A stretch of 64,000 nucleotides of DNA from a virus (IMGVR_UViG_3300010163_000019:9372-73371); one strand, 5' to 3'; shown: positions 29,387-39,439, counted from the first letter of the stretch. A program made the numbers and translations. The notes: generated by a model from the sequence alone, not told the origin.

Positions 29387-29794
29387 TTGAGAGAAGGAGA
29401 CAAATGTATGATTAATTTAAATGATTTAACTGTTGAGGATTTAAAAGATATTGAAGAATTACAGAAATTTAGAAAAGAGTCTCAAAGATTATATAATATT
29501 GTTGTTAATAATCAGAAAGTGCCATTGATTCTTGATGATAAGAATAGATATAAATTATGGGATGATACAAACAATGCTGAGTATCTTGCACTCATTGATG
29601 GTGAATGGATATGGCAAGCAAGATATTTACATCAAAAGTATGATGTTCCAATTAATGTAGAAAAAATATATAAGACTATGGTAAATGCCTATGAAATGGA
29701 AAAGGATATAACGAAGGGGGGGTTTGCTAATGGCAATAAGGAAGCAATAGGCTATTTTACGGCTTATGTAAACAAATTGATAACCAAGCAATGA
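29387..29794 (+). CDS. Hypothetical protein
   Basis: 135 aa ORF. Confidence 0.7.
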   Translation: MREGDKCMINLNDLTVEDLKDIEELQKFRKESQRLYNIVVNNQKVPLILDDKNRYKLWDDTNNAEYLALIDGEWIWQARYLHQKYDVPINVEKIYKTMVNAYEMEKDITKGGFANGNKEAIGYFTAYVNKLITKQ

Positions 29795-30189
29795 ATCGAA
29801 GGTTTTATATAATAAATTTGGAAGTTTGGTATGACAAAGTTAATAGACAGCATGTTTGATATAAATTGTAATACTTGTATCTGCAACAAATGTAGGCATA
29901 ACACTAAATATGGATTTAATCAATGTTTTAATTGTCGTGATTGTTATGAAGGAAATAATCATTGTGAAGAATGTTCTATGTTTGAAGAAGGAGTGGATGA
30001 AGAGTGACAGATAATGAAAGAGAACTAATTGGCATAATTGAAACATTATGTGATACAGTTAGTGATTCTCCTTGTGGTTGTGATGCTTGCCCCTATGTTG
30101 ATACAAAAACTGATGGACAATGCGAAGTATATAATGTTGTTGAAAAATGTAAATAAAAGAAACATTTTAATTGGAAAGAAGGTGAATTT

Positions 30190-30561
30190 GTGTATCAAAA
30201 TTGTTGTAAGAAATGTGGAAGTATATCTTTACATATAGAAATAAAAGGCAATAATACTGGTCTATATTGTGATGATTGTGGAACTTGGGTAAAGTGGTTA
30301 TCGAAAAATGAATTAAGAGTATTTGAACACAAGAAAAAAGAGGAAAGTAATAATGTATCTCCCAATAGTGAAGATATGATATTAAGATTTAAAAAATTTG
30401 TTGAGTTTCTTGATAAGACAATTGATGCAGAATATAGTAAATTACCATTGTCCACAGAGGATGCAATTAGAAAGAATTCGTATTGTCTAGCTTTAGAACG
30501 CGATAAGAGAGCAATCCAAAATATCTTGAATGGACATGAGTTTAATTATATAGGAGAGTGA
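30190..30561 (+). CDS. Zinc-ribbon hypothetical protein
   Basis: CKKCG...CDDCG. Confidence 0.7.
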   Translation: MYQNCCKKCGSISLHIEIKGNNTGLYCDDCGTWVKWLSKNELRVFEHKKKEESNNVSPNSEDMILRFKKFVEFLDKTIDAEYSKLPLSTEDAIRKNSYCLALERDKRAIQNILNGHEFNYIGE

Positions 30562-30649
30562 GTAAGCATTCTGATGCATTTAATAACAAGCAGAGTGTTT
30601 ATTAACACAAAATAAATCCTTTAAGTAGTGAATAGAATCCCACGTTTCA

Positions 30650-31138
30650 ATGAAAAGGAAGGAGAAATATATTATGGGATATAAATATATTGATGACAAA
30701 ATTGAACCATATTTAGATATCTTAATTGATTGTGTGAAATTAAATGGTGAAGCAATAGAGGAACAAATTAAGAGGATTACAAGTGATACAGATACAATGG
30801 GAGAGTGTTTGGAAGATAATTTTCTTGCCTTCAAATTACATTCCAAAAAGGTTAGAGATGAGTATGAAAAAGCAGTTACAGAAGAACTACAGAAATCAGA
30901 AAAGGTATGGGAGAAATGTGATAATTTAATACACGAGTCTAAACCTAAAATTGAAAGAGTAAAAGATGATATGCAAGAATTATTAGACATGATTTCTGAA
31001 GTGGATAAATCATTGGATTCTATGCCAGTTTATAAGGCAGAGAAATTTATTGAGCTTATTGAAAAGTTTAATAATATGCCATCAGTGGAGAAGAAATTAT
31101 TTACAAAATTATTAGAAGTAAGTAATGATATGGTTTAA
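30650..31138 (+). CDS. Coiled-coil hypothetical protein
   Basis: 162 aa ORF. Confidence 0.7.
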   Translation: MKRKEKYIMGYKYIDDKIEPYLDILIDCVKLNGEAIEEQIKRITSDTDTMGECLEDNFLAFKLHSKKVRDEYEKAVTEELQKSEKVWEKCDNLIHESKPKIERVKDDMQELLDMISEVDKSLDSMPVYKAEKFIELIEKFNNMPSVEKKLFTKLLEVSNDMV

Positions 31139-31152
31139 AATCTGCGATTCCT

Positions 31153-31341
31153 GTGGTGAAAGGTGAAAAGTATATGGTAGAAACTATTAGTGAAAATGAT
31201 GAGAAGAGATTCAAAGAAAAAGTAGAAAACTTTCTTTTACAAGGATATAAAATTTCTTCAACAAATTGCGGTTATTCTGGTGAAATTGGCAGTAATGTAT
31301 ATAATTGTGAATACTGGATGGCGATTTTGATTAAGGAGTAA
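31153..31341 (+). CDS. Hypothetical protein
   Basis: 62 aa ORF. Confidence 0.6.
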   Translation: MVKGEKYMVETISENDEKRFKEKVENFLLQGYKISSTNCGYSGEIGSNVYNCEYWMAILIKE

Positions 31342-31344
31342 GAA

Positions 31345-31821
31345 ATGAAAATATGTGTTACTGGTCATAGACCAAATAAGATGTATGGTTATGACATTTA
31401 TAATAAACAATGGACGGAATTAAAAAATAAATTCAAAGAATTACTTGTAGAAAACAATTGTGGTGAAGCAATTACTGGCATGGCATTAGGGGTAGATACA
31501 GTATTTGCATTAGCTGTTTTAGAATTAAGAGAAGAAGGATATGATATAAAACTACATTGTGCAATCCCATGTAAAAATCATTCGTGTAAGTGGATTAAGG
31601 AAAGTGTTGATTTGTACAATGATATTTTATCCAAAGCAGATATGGTGAAATTTGTGTCAGATGAAGAATACAAACCTTGGTTGATGCAAAAGAGAAATGA
31701 ATATATGGTTGATTTAGCAGATAAGGTTATTGCTGTTTGGGATGGTTTTAATGGTGGTACTGGTAATTGTGTAAGATATGCTGAGAAATGTGGTAAAGAA
31801 ATTATTAGGATTGTGCCATAA
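31345..31821 (+). CDS. SLOG family protein (YpsA/DUF1273-like)
   Basis: CVTGHRP, GMALGVD, KRNEYMVD...AVWDG..GGTGNCV. Confidence 0.85.
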   Translation: MKICVTGHRPNKMYGYDIYNKQWTELKNKFKELLVENNCGEAITGMALGVDTVFALAVLELREEGYDIKLHCAIPCKNHSCKWIKESVDLYNDILSKADMVKFVSDEEYKPWLMQKRNEYMVDLADKVIAVWDGFNGGTGNCVRYAEKCGKEIIRIVP

Positions 31822-31844
31822 ATTTTAATATATAGGGAGATTTT

Positions 31845-32144
31845 ATGAAAAAGAAAGACTTAAAATCTGGAATGATTGTTATGACCAATAACGGATTTTT
31901 CTATTTGGTGTTACGTGATACGGGTATGGATATTTCTGAATACAAAGACAAAGATGTCTTTCTTGGAGTTAGTGCAAGCGGAAATATTATATCAGGGTGG
32001 ATGAGATTATCAGATTATAGTGATGAATTAGAAAATAAAGATAATGATTATACTATTGCAGAAGTATTTGTTGTAAATCGTGCAGCTAATATTGGAAAAA
32101 TAAAACACTATAAAAGCATATGGAAAAGAGAATTGAATAGATAA
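31845..32144 (+). CDS. Hypothetical protein
   Basis: 99 aa ORF. Confidence 0.7.
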   Translation: MKKKDLKSGMIVMTNNGFFYLVLRDTGMDISEYKDKDVFLGVSASGNIISGWMRLSDYSDELENKDNDYTIAEVFVVNRAANIGKIKHYKSIWKRELNR

Positions 32145-32178
32145 ATCTTGTATTTCAAAAGGAGAAAGGAAAGAGAAG

Positions 32179-32361
32179 ATGTTTAAATGGAAATTTGATG
32201 CAGTAATTTATAGAAAATCCAGTGGTGAAGTGTTATTTTCCAAAATGTGTGATACATATGAGGAGGCACAAAAGGTAATTGAAGAAAATATTAGTAACTA
32301 TGCGGATAAAGACTATCCGCCAACAGGACATATCAATAAAGAATATGTACAAGTAGATTAA
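32179..32361 (+). CDS. Hypothetical protein
   Basis: 60 aa ORF with RBS. Confidence 0.6.
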   Translation: MFKWKFDAVIYRKSSGEVLFSKMCDTYEEAQKVIEENISNYADKDYPPTGHINKEYVQVD

Positions 32362-32375
32362 AGGAGAAGGATGAA

Positions 32376-33467
32376 ATGTCAAATAGAAAATTAGCACATG
32401 TTGAAAAAATAGAATGGATAAAACCGATTGAGGGGAAAGATAGAATAGCATTGGCAGGTGTGCTTGGTTGGACAGTAATAGTCCAGAAATCAGATTATGA
32501 AGTTGGTCAAAAATGCGTATTTTGTGAAATTGATTCTGTGTTTCCAGAAAAGCCAGAATTTGAGTTTTTGAGAAGTAAGAAATTTAGGATCAAAACAATG
32601 AAAATGAGTGGTGTTTTGAGTCAAGGAATTTGCTTCCCATTGTCTATATTGCCAGAAGGCAATTATGAAATTGGAGATGATGTGACAGACATCATAGGAA
32701 TTACACAGTATGAGCCAACGATGGACAAAGAAGAATTATGTGATACAGAAAATGAAAAGAGTGTAAAAAAATATCCACAATTTCTTATGAGATGGGCATG
32801 GTTTAGAAAACTTGTTCTGCCAAAGAAACAGTCAAAAGGTTTTCCAAGTTTTATCAGTAAAACTGATGAAACGAGAATTCAAAATGCACCATTTTATCTT
32901 GAAATGGAATGCAATTATGTGGCGACAGAAAAAGTAGATGGGCAGTCTGGTTCCTTTACATTGCAGCGAATTAAAGGAAAGCATTTCTGGAACAAAGATA
33001 CTTATGATTTTGCCGTATGTTCAAGAAATCTTAGGAAGTGGAAGAAAGACACATCTTCGTTTTGGAGCGTGGCAGAGAAATATAATATTGAGCAGATTCT
33101 ACATCAACTTATTGGAGATAATGAGTGGGTTGCGATTCAGGGTGAGTGTATAGCATCAAATGTACAGGGAAATAAATATAAGGTTACTGAGCCAGATTTG
33201 TATGTATTCAATCTGATTTATCCAAGTGGAAGAGTTGGATCAGTCGAAGCAAAAAGGATTGTTGGTGAATATGGATTAAAGTTTGTGCCAATCATTGATG
33301 AATCAGTAAATCTTAAAGGTATGAGCGTAGCTGATGTATTAAAATATGCAACAGGTAAAAGTCAGTTATATGACACTTTAAGAGAGGGTATCGTATTTAG
33401 AAGTTTAGATGGTAAACAGTCATTTAAGGCGGTTAGTCCAGATTTTCTGATTAAACATGGGGAATAG
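32376..33467 (+). CDS. RNA ligase, Rnl2/DRB0094 family
   Basis: N-terminal RKLA..I..I.PIEG.DRI; TEKVDG (motif I), QGE, REGIVFR, SFKAVS. Confidence 0.85.
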   Translation: MSNRKLAHVEKIEWIKPIEGKDRIALAGVLGWTVIVQKSDYEVGQKCVFCEIDSVFPEKPEFEFLRSKKFRIKTMKMSGVLSQGICFPLSILPEGNYEIGDDVTDIIGITQYEPTMDKEELCDTENEKSVKKYPQFLMRWAWFRKLVLPKKQSKGFPSFISKTDETRIQNAPFYLEMECNYVATEKVDGQSGSFTLQRIKGKHFWNKDTYDFAVCSRNLRKWKKDTSSFWSVAEKYNIEQILHQLIGDNEWVAIQGECIASNVQGNKYKVTEPDLYVFNLIYPSGRVGSVEAKRIVGEYGLKFVPIIDESVNLKGMSVADVLKYATGKSQLYDTLREGIVFRSLDGKQSFKAVSPDFLIKHGE

Positions 33468-33512
33468 GTAATCAATAAATTCGAGATTTTAAGGTAGAAA
33501 AGAGGTGATATA

Positions 33513-33809
33513 ATAAGTAAATTTAAGATTGTATCAGATGAATATTATTCAAATTGTCTAATAGAAGCAATAAGAGCAAAGATACATAATCCACAAATAA
33601 AGATATATTTTTGCAAACCTCGGATTGCTGAAAATGGTAGATTTCAGATGTTTCATTTTATGTGGAGTGATGGAATAGCAGATTATGATTTTTCTGATTT
33701 AAATGATGAAGAAACGCCTTGGTATAAAGACTTTGTTTTTAAAGGACATTTGAGAAAATTTAAGAGAGGTTTTGCAGAAAGATATAGTACATATAGAAAT
33801 AACTTGTGA
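33513..33809 (+). CDS. Hypothetical protein with ATA start (absent from ORF track)
   Basis: 98 codons open after GAGGTGA RBS. Confidence 0.6.
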   Translation: MSKFKIVSDEYYSNCLIEAIRAKIHNPQIKIYFCKPRIAENGRFQMFHFMWSDGIADYDFSDLNDEETPWYKDFVFKGHLRKFKRGFAERYSTYRNNL

Positions 33810-33934
33810 TAAAAGTCAATGTGTCAGACCTTATTAAATTTGACACTTTATTGTTATAGATATTCTAAAATAAATAAAACAGAAAAGAAAAAGAATCAGA
33901 ATATTATGAAGGGTATGATGATTAAAAAGAACAA

Positions 33935-34351
33935 ATGAAAGAGATTATAGACTTTAAGATAGAAATGAGGGATTTTATATTTTCGATGGGTGATGTTGGA
34001 AAAGCTTTAAAATTGATTTCTGAAAGAATATTGAATACAAATTATGATGATTATTGTGAAAATGAAACATGTAAACCATATGGATGTTTAGAGTGTAAGA
34101 ACTTTGGACGACAGGAGGGATATAATCAACAAAGAGGAAGTTTTATTTTTCAACACTTTAAATGTAAAAAGCAAACAGATAGAGATATGTATAATCATGA
34201 CAATACATACAACATATTTGATATAGAATCTGATTGTAGTCCATACTTTCATTATGATAATGCAAAAGGAGAGTGCCCATATTTTGAGTGTAGTGAAAAT
34301 GATTTGGTTTATATGTCCGAAAAAGAGAAAAGGAAGTGTATAGGGCGATAA
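33935..34351 (+). CDS. Hypothetical Cys-containing protein
   Basis: 138 aa ORF. Confidence 0.65.
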   Translation: MKEIIDFKIEMRDFIFSMGDVGKALKLISERILNTNYDDYCENETCKPYGCLECKNFGRQEGYNQQRGSFIFQHFKCKKQTDRDMYNHDNTYNIFDIESDCSPYFHYDNAKGECPYFECSENDLVYMSEKEKRKCIGR

Positions 34352-34385
34352 ATAATCTGTTTTGTTGTTAAAATTAAAAATAATA

Positions 34386-34432
34386 CAGAAAGGACAAAGG
34401 TGCTGCAGCCGTAAGAGAATTCTGCCTTTCTG
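34386..34432 (+). promoter_or_regulatory. Dual-palindrome leader element, variant (A)
   Basis: CAGAAAGG..CCTTTCTG encloses GCTGCAGC and AGAATTCT. Confidence 0.55.
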
Positions 34433-34443
34433 GGTGAAGAAAA

Positions 34444-35200
34444 ATATTCGAGAATAGTAATTATGAATTATGGCAAGGTGATTGTCTGAAATTGATGGAC
34501 AATATCCCTGACAAATCAGTAGATGCAATTATAACTGACCTACCTTATGGGTCTACACGATGTCGTTGGGATAGCATCATTCCCTTTGAACCACTATGGA
34601 AACAGTTTAACAGAATTATAAGAGATAATGGCGCGATAGTGTTATTTGGAACAGAACCATTTTCAAGTCATTTAAGGTTAAGCAATCTGAAAAATTATAA
34701 GTATGACTGGATATGGGATTAAAGTAAAAGGAACAGGATTTTTAAACGCTAAAAAACAACCAATGAGAAATCATGAGTTGATTAGTGTTTTTTACAAGAA
34801 ACAATGTACATATAATCCTCAAAAAACATATGGACACAAGATGAAAAAATCTTATCGAAGTAAAGATTTGCAGACGGAAGTGTATGGTGAAATGAAAAAT
34901 GACTATACATATGAGTCTACAGAGCGTTATCCAAGAAGTATTCAAGTGTTTTCTACAGATACTCAAAATTCATCGTTGCATCCAACACAGAAACCAGTAG
35001 CTTTAATTGAATATTTGATTAAAACTTATACGAATGAAGGAGAAATAATACTTGATTCCTGTGCTGGTTCTGGAACGACTGGTGTTGCATGTTTAAATAC
35101 CAATAGAAAATGTATTTTGATTGAAAAGGATATAGATATATTCAATGTATCAAGAAATAGAATAGAAGGTATTATAAGTGAAAGAAAAAATAATTCCTAA
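34444..35200 (+). pseudogene. Beta-class N4/N6 DNA methyltransferase with +1 frameshift near 34720
   Basis: ELWQGDCL, DAIITDLPYG, YDWIWD then shifted KVKGTGFLNAKKQP, HPTQKP, ILDSCAGSGTT. Confidence 0.8.
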
Positions 35201-35732
35201 AGGTACACAATTTGGTAGATTAACGGTATTAGAAAAAACTGATAAGAGAAATAGATCGGGAAGAAAGCTATATAAATGTAAATGCTCTTGTGGAAACATT
35301 CATTATGTGTCTAATGATTGTTTAAGAAGTGGAAGATCAAAGTCGTGTGGATGTTTAAAGATTGAAACAGTAAGATCTCAAGGTTTTAAAAACAGAGAAG
35401 AAGCAATTATAAGATCATTATATAGTCAAACGAAAAAGAGACACAGGAATCATAATGATCCAGAACCTCCAATTTCATATAAAGATTATTACAAATTAAT
35501 ACATATGCCATGTTTTTATTGTGGAGAAAAATATAGTAGTGAAGCAAAAGATGATAAAACAGATACTACAGTAAAATATAATGGGTTGGATAGAATTGAT
35601 AGCTCAAAAGGATATTCTCAAAATAATGTTGTAACATGTTGTAAAAAATGTAATATTGCGAAATCAACTATGACTATTATTGAATTTAAGGAATGGATAA
35701 ATAAGATATATTTTAAATTTGGCACTAGTTAA
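35178..35732 (+). CDS. HNH-type homing endonuclease
   Basis: FGRLTVL..CKCSCG..KSCGC DNA-binding domain; CFYCG..GLDRIDSSKGY..NVVTCCKKCN. Confidence 0.8.
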   Translation: MKEKIIPKGTQFGRLTVLEKTDKRNRSGRKLYKCKCSCGNIHYVSNDCLRSGRSKSCGCLKIETVRSQGFKNREEAIIRSLYSQTKKRHRNHNDPEPPISYKDYYKLIHMPCFYCGEKYSSEAKDDKTDTTVKYNGLDRIDSSKGYSQNNVVTCCKKCNIAKSTMTIIEFKEWINKIYFKFGTS

Positions 35733-35910
35733 TATGTGGAATTGCTGCAATTAACACAAACAGGAAAGTAATTTGCATAGAGAATGATAAAAAGATTTTT
35801 GATATTGGTAGAAATAGGATTATGGAACATTTAAAAGAAAGAAACAGCATTTAGACGAGGAAAAGCCAATTTCAAAGAAAAAATTTAAATGAGAAAGGTG
35901 GTGAAAAGTA

Positions 35911-36267
35911 GTGCTGCATCCAAGTAAGTTTTTTGAATGGTGTGCGATCAGAACAGGAATTGATGTGTTTGAAAATTTTGATGATAGTCTAAAGAAAATG
36001 TTGATGAATATCCATCCTAGAAATTTTATCAAATCCAAATTAGAACTTCCGGTTTATAAAGTATCTGTAGGATACGAGACAGAAAAAGGCAATTATAAAG
36101 AAGCCGAAAAATATATGATCCTAAATAATAGTAATGAACAAGAATATGATGATATGTGGGCTGATATGTTTGCTAAAGATTACGAGTCAGAACATAAAAC
36201 ATCTATTAAAAATATACAAATATTAAATGTAGAATTTGTAGGAGATGCTGTGCTACAGATTGGTTAG
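35911..36267 (+). CDS. Hypothetical protein
   Basis: 118 aa ORF. Confidence 0.7.
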   Translation: MLHPSKFFEWCAIRTGIDVFENFDDSLKKMLMNIHPRNFIKSKLELPVYKVSVGYETEKGNYKEAEKYMILNNSNEQEYDDMWADMFAKDYESEHKTSIKNIQILNVEFVGDAVLQIG

Positions 36268-36271
36268 TCCA

Positions 36272-36476
36272 TCACCCAAAGTATTTATAACCTTTAGCTA
36301 ATAAAGGTTGTCACAAGATTGTTTATTGTGGCACGTTGATAATAAATAATCGAAAAAGTTATGTGGTAGTGACGTAAAAAGACACCCGCGAATACGAATA
36401 TAATTCGTGAATAAAGTATGGCTTTACCTCACGTAAACGTAGATCAATTACGTGAGGAAAGATACATATTGGGTGA
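36272..36476 (+). promoter_or_regulatory. Highly structured leader sequestering the SD and probable TTG start
   Basis: TCACCCAA/TTGGGTGA 8 bp, CCTCACGTAA/TTACGTGAGG 10 bp, two further hairpins. Confidence 0.5.
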
Positions 36477-37491
36477 AAAGACTTTAGTAGGGCTATTAGA
36501 AAACTGTCCTAAAAATCAAATTATTGGAGATAATCTGGTAAGAGCATGGTCGAGGATAAATAGTGATAAATATGAAAAAATAGTATGTTCAATATCTGGC
36601 GGATCAGATAGTGATGTGATGTTAGATATTTGTATAAAATGTGACAAGGATAACAAAATTGAATATGTTTGGTTTGATACTGGCTTAGAGTATCAGGCAA
36701 CAAAAGAACATTTAAAATATCTTGAAAAGAAATATGGTATAGAAATCAAATCATATAAAGCGATAAAACCAATTCCAACAACTTGTAAACAGTATGGTCA
36801 ACCATTTTTATCAAAACAGGTAAGCGAATATATAAAAAGACTTCAAAGTCATAATTTTAAATGGGAGGATAAATCGTTTGAGGAATTATATCAAGAGTAT
36901 CCAAAATGTAAGGCTGCATTGCTATGGTGGTGTAATAAAAAAGAATGTAATTCTTTTAATATCCAATGGAATAAATGGTTAAAAGAATTTTTGATAGAAA
37001 ATCCTCCAACATTTTCAATTTCAAGTGTCTGTTGCAAATATGCAAAGAAAGATGTGTCTCATAAACTATTAGATGAAAATAGATATGATTTGAATATTGT
37101 CGGTGTAAGAAAAGCAGAGGGAGGTGTCAGAGCAGGATCATATAAAAGTTGCTTTGATGAAAATGGTAAAAGTAAGTGTGGATCATATGATAACTATCGT
37201 CCTTTATTCTGGTATAAAAGATCTGATAAAGAAGATTATGAAAATCATTATGGGATTGTACATAGCAGATGTTATACAGAATATGGTCTTTCGCGTACTG
37301 GTTGCGCAGGTTGTCCATACGGCAGATACTTTGAACGAGAGTTGGAAATTATAGAGAAGTATGAACCAAAGTTATTTGTAGCCGTAAACAATATTTTTAA
37401 AGATAGCTATGAGTACACAAGAAAGTACAAAGAATTTTGTAAGGATATGGATGAGAAAAGAGAAATAAGTAAGTGTATCCGAAAAATTTGA
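36418..37491 (+). CDS. PAPS reductase family (PP-loop) protein
   Basis: SISGGSDS, WFDTGLEY, GVRKAEG, RTGCAGCPY; likely start TTG 36469. Confidence 0.85.
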   Translation: MALPHVNVDQLREERYILGEKTLVGLLENCPKNQIIGDNLVRAWSRINSDKYEKIVCSISGGSDSDVMLDICIKCDKDNKIEYVWFDTGLEYQATKEHLKYLEKKYGIEIKSYKAIKPIPTTCKQYGQPFLSKQVSEYIKRLQSHNFKWEDKSFEELYQEYPKCKAALLWWCNKKECNSFNIQWNKWLKEFLIENPPTFSISSVCCKYAKKDVSHKLLDENRYDLNIVGVRKAEGGVRAGSYKSCFDENGKSKCGSYDNYRPLFWYKRSDKEDYENHYGIVHSRCYTEYGLSRTGCAGCPYGRYFERELEIIEKYEPKLFVAVNNIFKDSYEYTRKYKEFCKDMDEKREISKCIRKI

Positions 37492-37709
37492 TTCATGATG
37501 TAAGGAGGAACTTATGGATATTAGAGAAAGATTAATTCAGGCATTAGATGATTTTGGTGTTGGAAATGAAATGTATGATGAAACTAATGAGTCTTTGGCA
37601 AATTATTTAATAGAGGTAATTGCTGAATTAAGTCAGTAATTAGATAATGTTCATTATCAAAAAGTAGAAGTAACAAATAAGCATATGCAAAAATTAAAAT
37701 AATAAAAAC

Positions 37710-37763
37710 AGGAGGAAATGAGGTTTCTGCGCAGAATAAATCATGATTTACTCCTAATAAAGA
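37710..37763 (+). promoter_or_regulatory. Dual-palindrome leader element (B)
   Basis: AGGAGG-AAAT-GAGGTTT-CTGCGCAG-AAT-AAATCATGATTT-ACTCCTAA-6 nt-ATG. Confidence 0.75.
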
Positions 37764-38651
37764 ATGGAATATCAAAAGAAAATTAAGTGTGAACTGTATA
37801 GGGATTCTATGCAGAATTATAAGAAATATGCAATTCATCCTGCTCAGTTAATCATAGCAGACGTTCCTTATAACGTAGGAAATAATTTTTATGGCTCAAA
37901 TCCGATGTGGTACAACGGAGGAGATAACAAAAAAGGCGAAAGTAAATTAGCAGGTAAAGCAGCTTTCAACTCTGATTTCAATTTTAATCTGTATGAGTAT
38001 TTTCATTTTTGTTCCAAGATGCTTAAAAAGGATGATACAAGACCAGTTCCAAGAGGCAGAAGTAGCGATTCGCCTTGTATGATAGTTTTTTGTTCATTTG
38101 AACAGATTCAGACACTTATTAAAGCTGCTGAAAAACATGGATTTATTCATTACATACCGCTTGTATTCTGTAAGAATTATAGTCCACAGGTGCTTAAAGC
38201 AAATATGCGTGTAGTAGGTGCAACAGAATATGCTTTGCTTTTATATCGTGATAAGTTACCTAAATTCAGAAATGGTCTTCAGATTGATGAGAATGGTAAG
38301 AATATTCCAGGCACAGGACATATGATTTTTAACTGGTTTGATGGTGGCAATGAAGACGAATGGGGAAAAACTTATTACAACAACGGTACATATATGATGT
38401 GGGAAAAGGATAAGTCAAAGGAAGTTCCTAAAATCCATCCAGCTCAGAAGCCAGTCGCGGTTTTGAAACGTTTGATTGAGATATTTACCGACCCTGGCGA
38501 TGTGGTTATTGATCCGTGTGCCGGAAGTGGAGCTACGTTAAGAGCAGCTTATGAACTTGGTAGAAGTGCTTATGGGTTTGAAATTGACCGTAATTTCTAT
38601 CAGAGAGCAAAAGATGAGATGTTGAACTTTGAAAAGGATAATGAAAATTGA
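37764..38651 (+). CDS. Beta-class N4/N6 DNA methyltransferase
   Basis: IIADVPYN, HPAQKP, VIDPCAGSG. Confidence 0.9.
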   Translation: MEYQKKIKCELYRDSMQNYKKYAIHPAQLIIADVPYNVGNNFYGSNPMWYNGGDNKKGESKLAGKAAFNSDFNFNLYEYFHFCSKMLKKDDTRPVPRGRSSDSPCMIVFCSFEQIQTLIKAAEKHGFIHYIPLVFCKNYSPQVLKANMRVVGATEYALLLYRDKLPKFRNGLQIDENGKNIPGTGHMIFNWFDGGNEDEWGKTYYNNGTYMMWEKDKSKEVPKIHPAQKPVAVLKRLIEIFTDPGDVVIDPCAGSGATLRAAYELGRSAYGFEIDRNFYQRAKDEMLNFEKDNEN

Positions 38652-39439
38652 AAGAAGAATTGATACAAGATAATGGAATCTACAATTATGATGCATCTGA
38701 TTTTATTCATGCACTATATGAGGATTATGGAGATGAAAGTATAGACATGTTTCTTTGTGATTTTCCCTATACATTTAAAGGAAAGAACAGAGTGACAGCA
38801 AATAAATGGGATTTACCAATAGATGATAAAGAGTTTTTTGAAATTGCTATGAAAATGCTAACACCAGAGGGGTGTATAGCATTAACAGCAGGGCAACCAT
38901 TTACAAGTTATTTAGTAATGAATCATCTTGACTGTTTTAAATATGAATGGATTTGGGAGAAAGATAATGGTAGCAATTTTTCAAGTGTGAATCATCAACC
39001 ATTTAAGGTTCACGAATCTGTATTAATTTTTGGGAAAGCTCCAACTACATATAATAAAGCAGAAAGATATATGAAGTATAATCCGCAATTTACAGATGGA
39101 AAGCCTTATAAGATGAAGAGAAGTGGAATGACTGAGAATTTGGCTACTTCATCTGGTTATGAAAGAACAAATGGAGAATATGAAGGTAAACGTTATCCAA
39201 GAAGTGTTGTCAAATTTAACTTGGAAAAGGGACTTCATCCTACACAAAAACCTACAAAATTATTTGAGTATCTCATTAAAACTTATACTAACGAAGGCGG
39301 GCGGGTTGTTGATGTGTGTTGTGGTAGTGGAACAACTGCTAAAGCGGCACAGAACACAGGAAGAGTTTATATTGTAAATGATAATAATTTGGATTATGTG
39401 AGAATCTCTGAAAAACGATTAGGTGTTATTAATGGTTGA
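38648..39439 (+). CDS. Beta-class N4/N6 DNA methyltransferase
   Basis: LCDFPYT, YEWIWEK, HPTQKP, VVDVCCGSGTT. Confidence 0.9.
   Translation: MKEELIQDNGIYNYDASDFIHALYEDYGDESIDMFLCDFPYTFKGKNRVTANKWDLPIDDKEFFEIAMKMLTPEGCIALTAGQPFTSYLVMNHLDCFKYEWIWEKDNGSNFSSVNHQPFKVHESVLIFGKAPTTYNKAERYMKYNPQFTDGKPYKMKRSGMTENLATSSGYERTNGEYEGKRYPRSVVKFNLEKGLHPTQKPTKLFEYLIKTYTNEGGRVVDVCCGSGTTAKAAQNTGRVYIVNDNNLDYVRISEKRLGVING

Noticed and set aside
30038-30238. Hydrophobic 66-aa ORF as a holin or toxin
   Set aside because: An overlapping alternative frame (Cys-containing ORF starting near 30004) fits the tandem gene packing better; no RBS for this one
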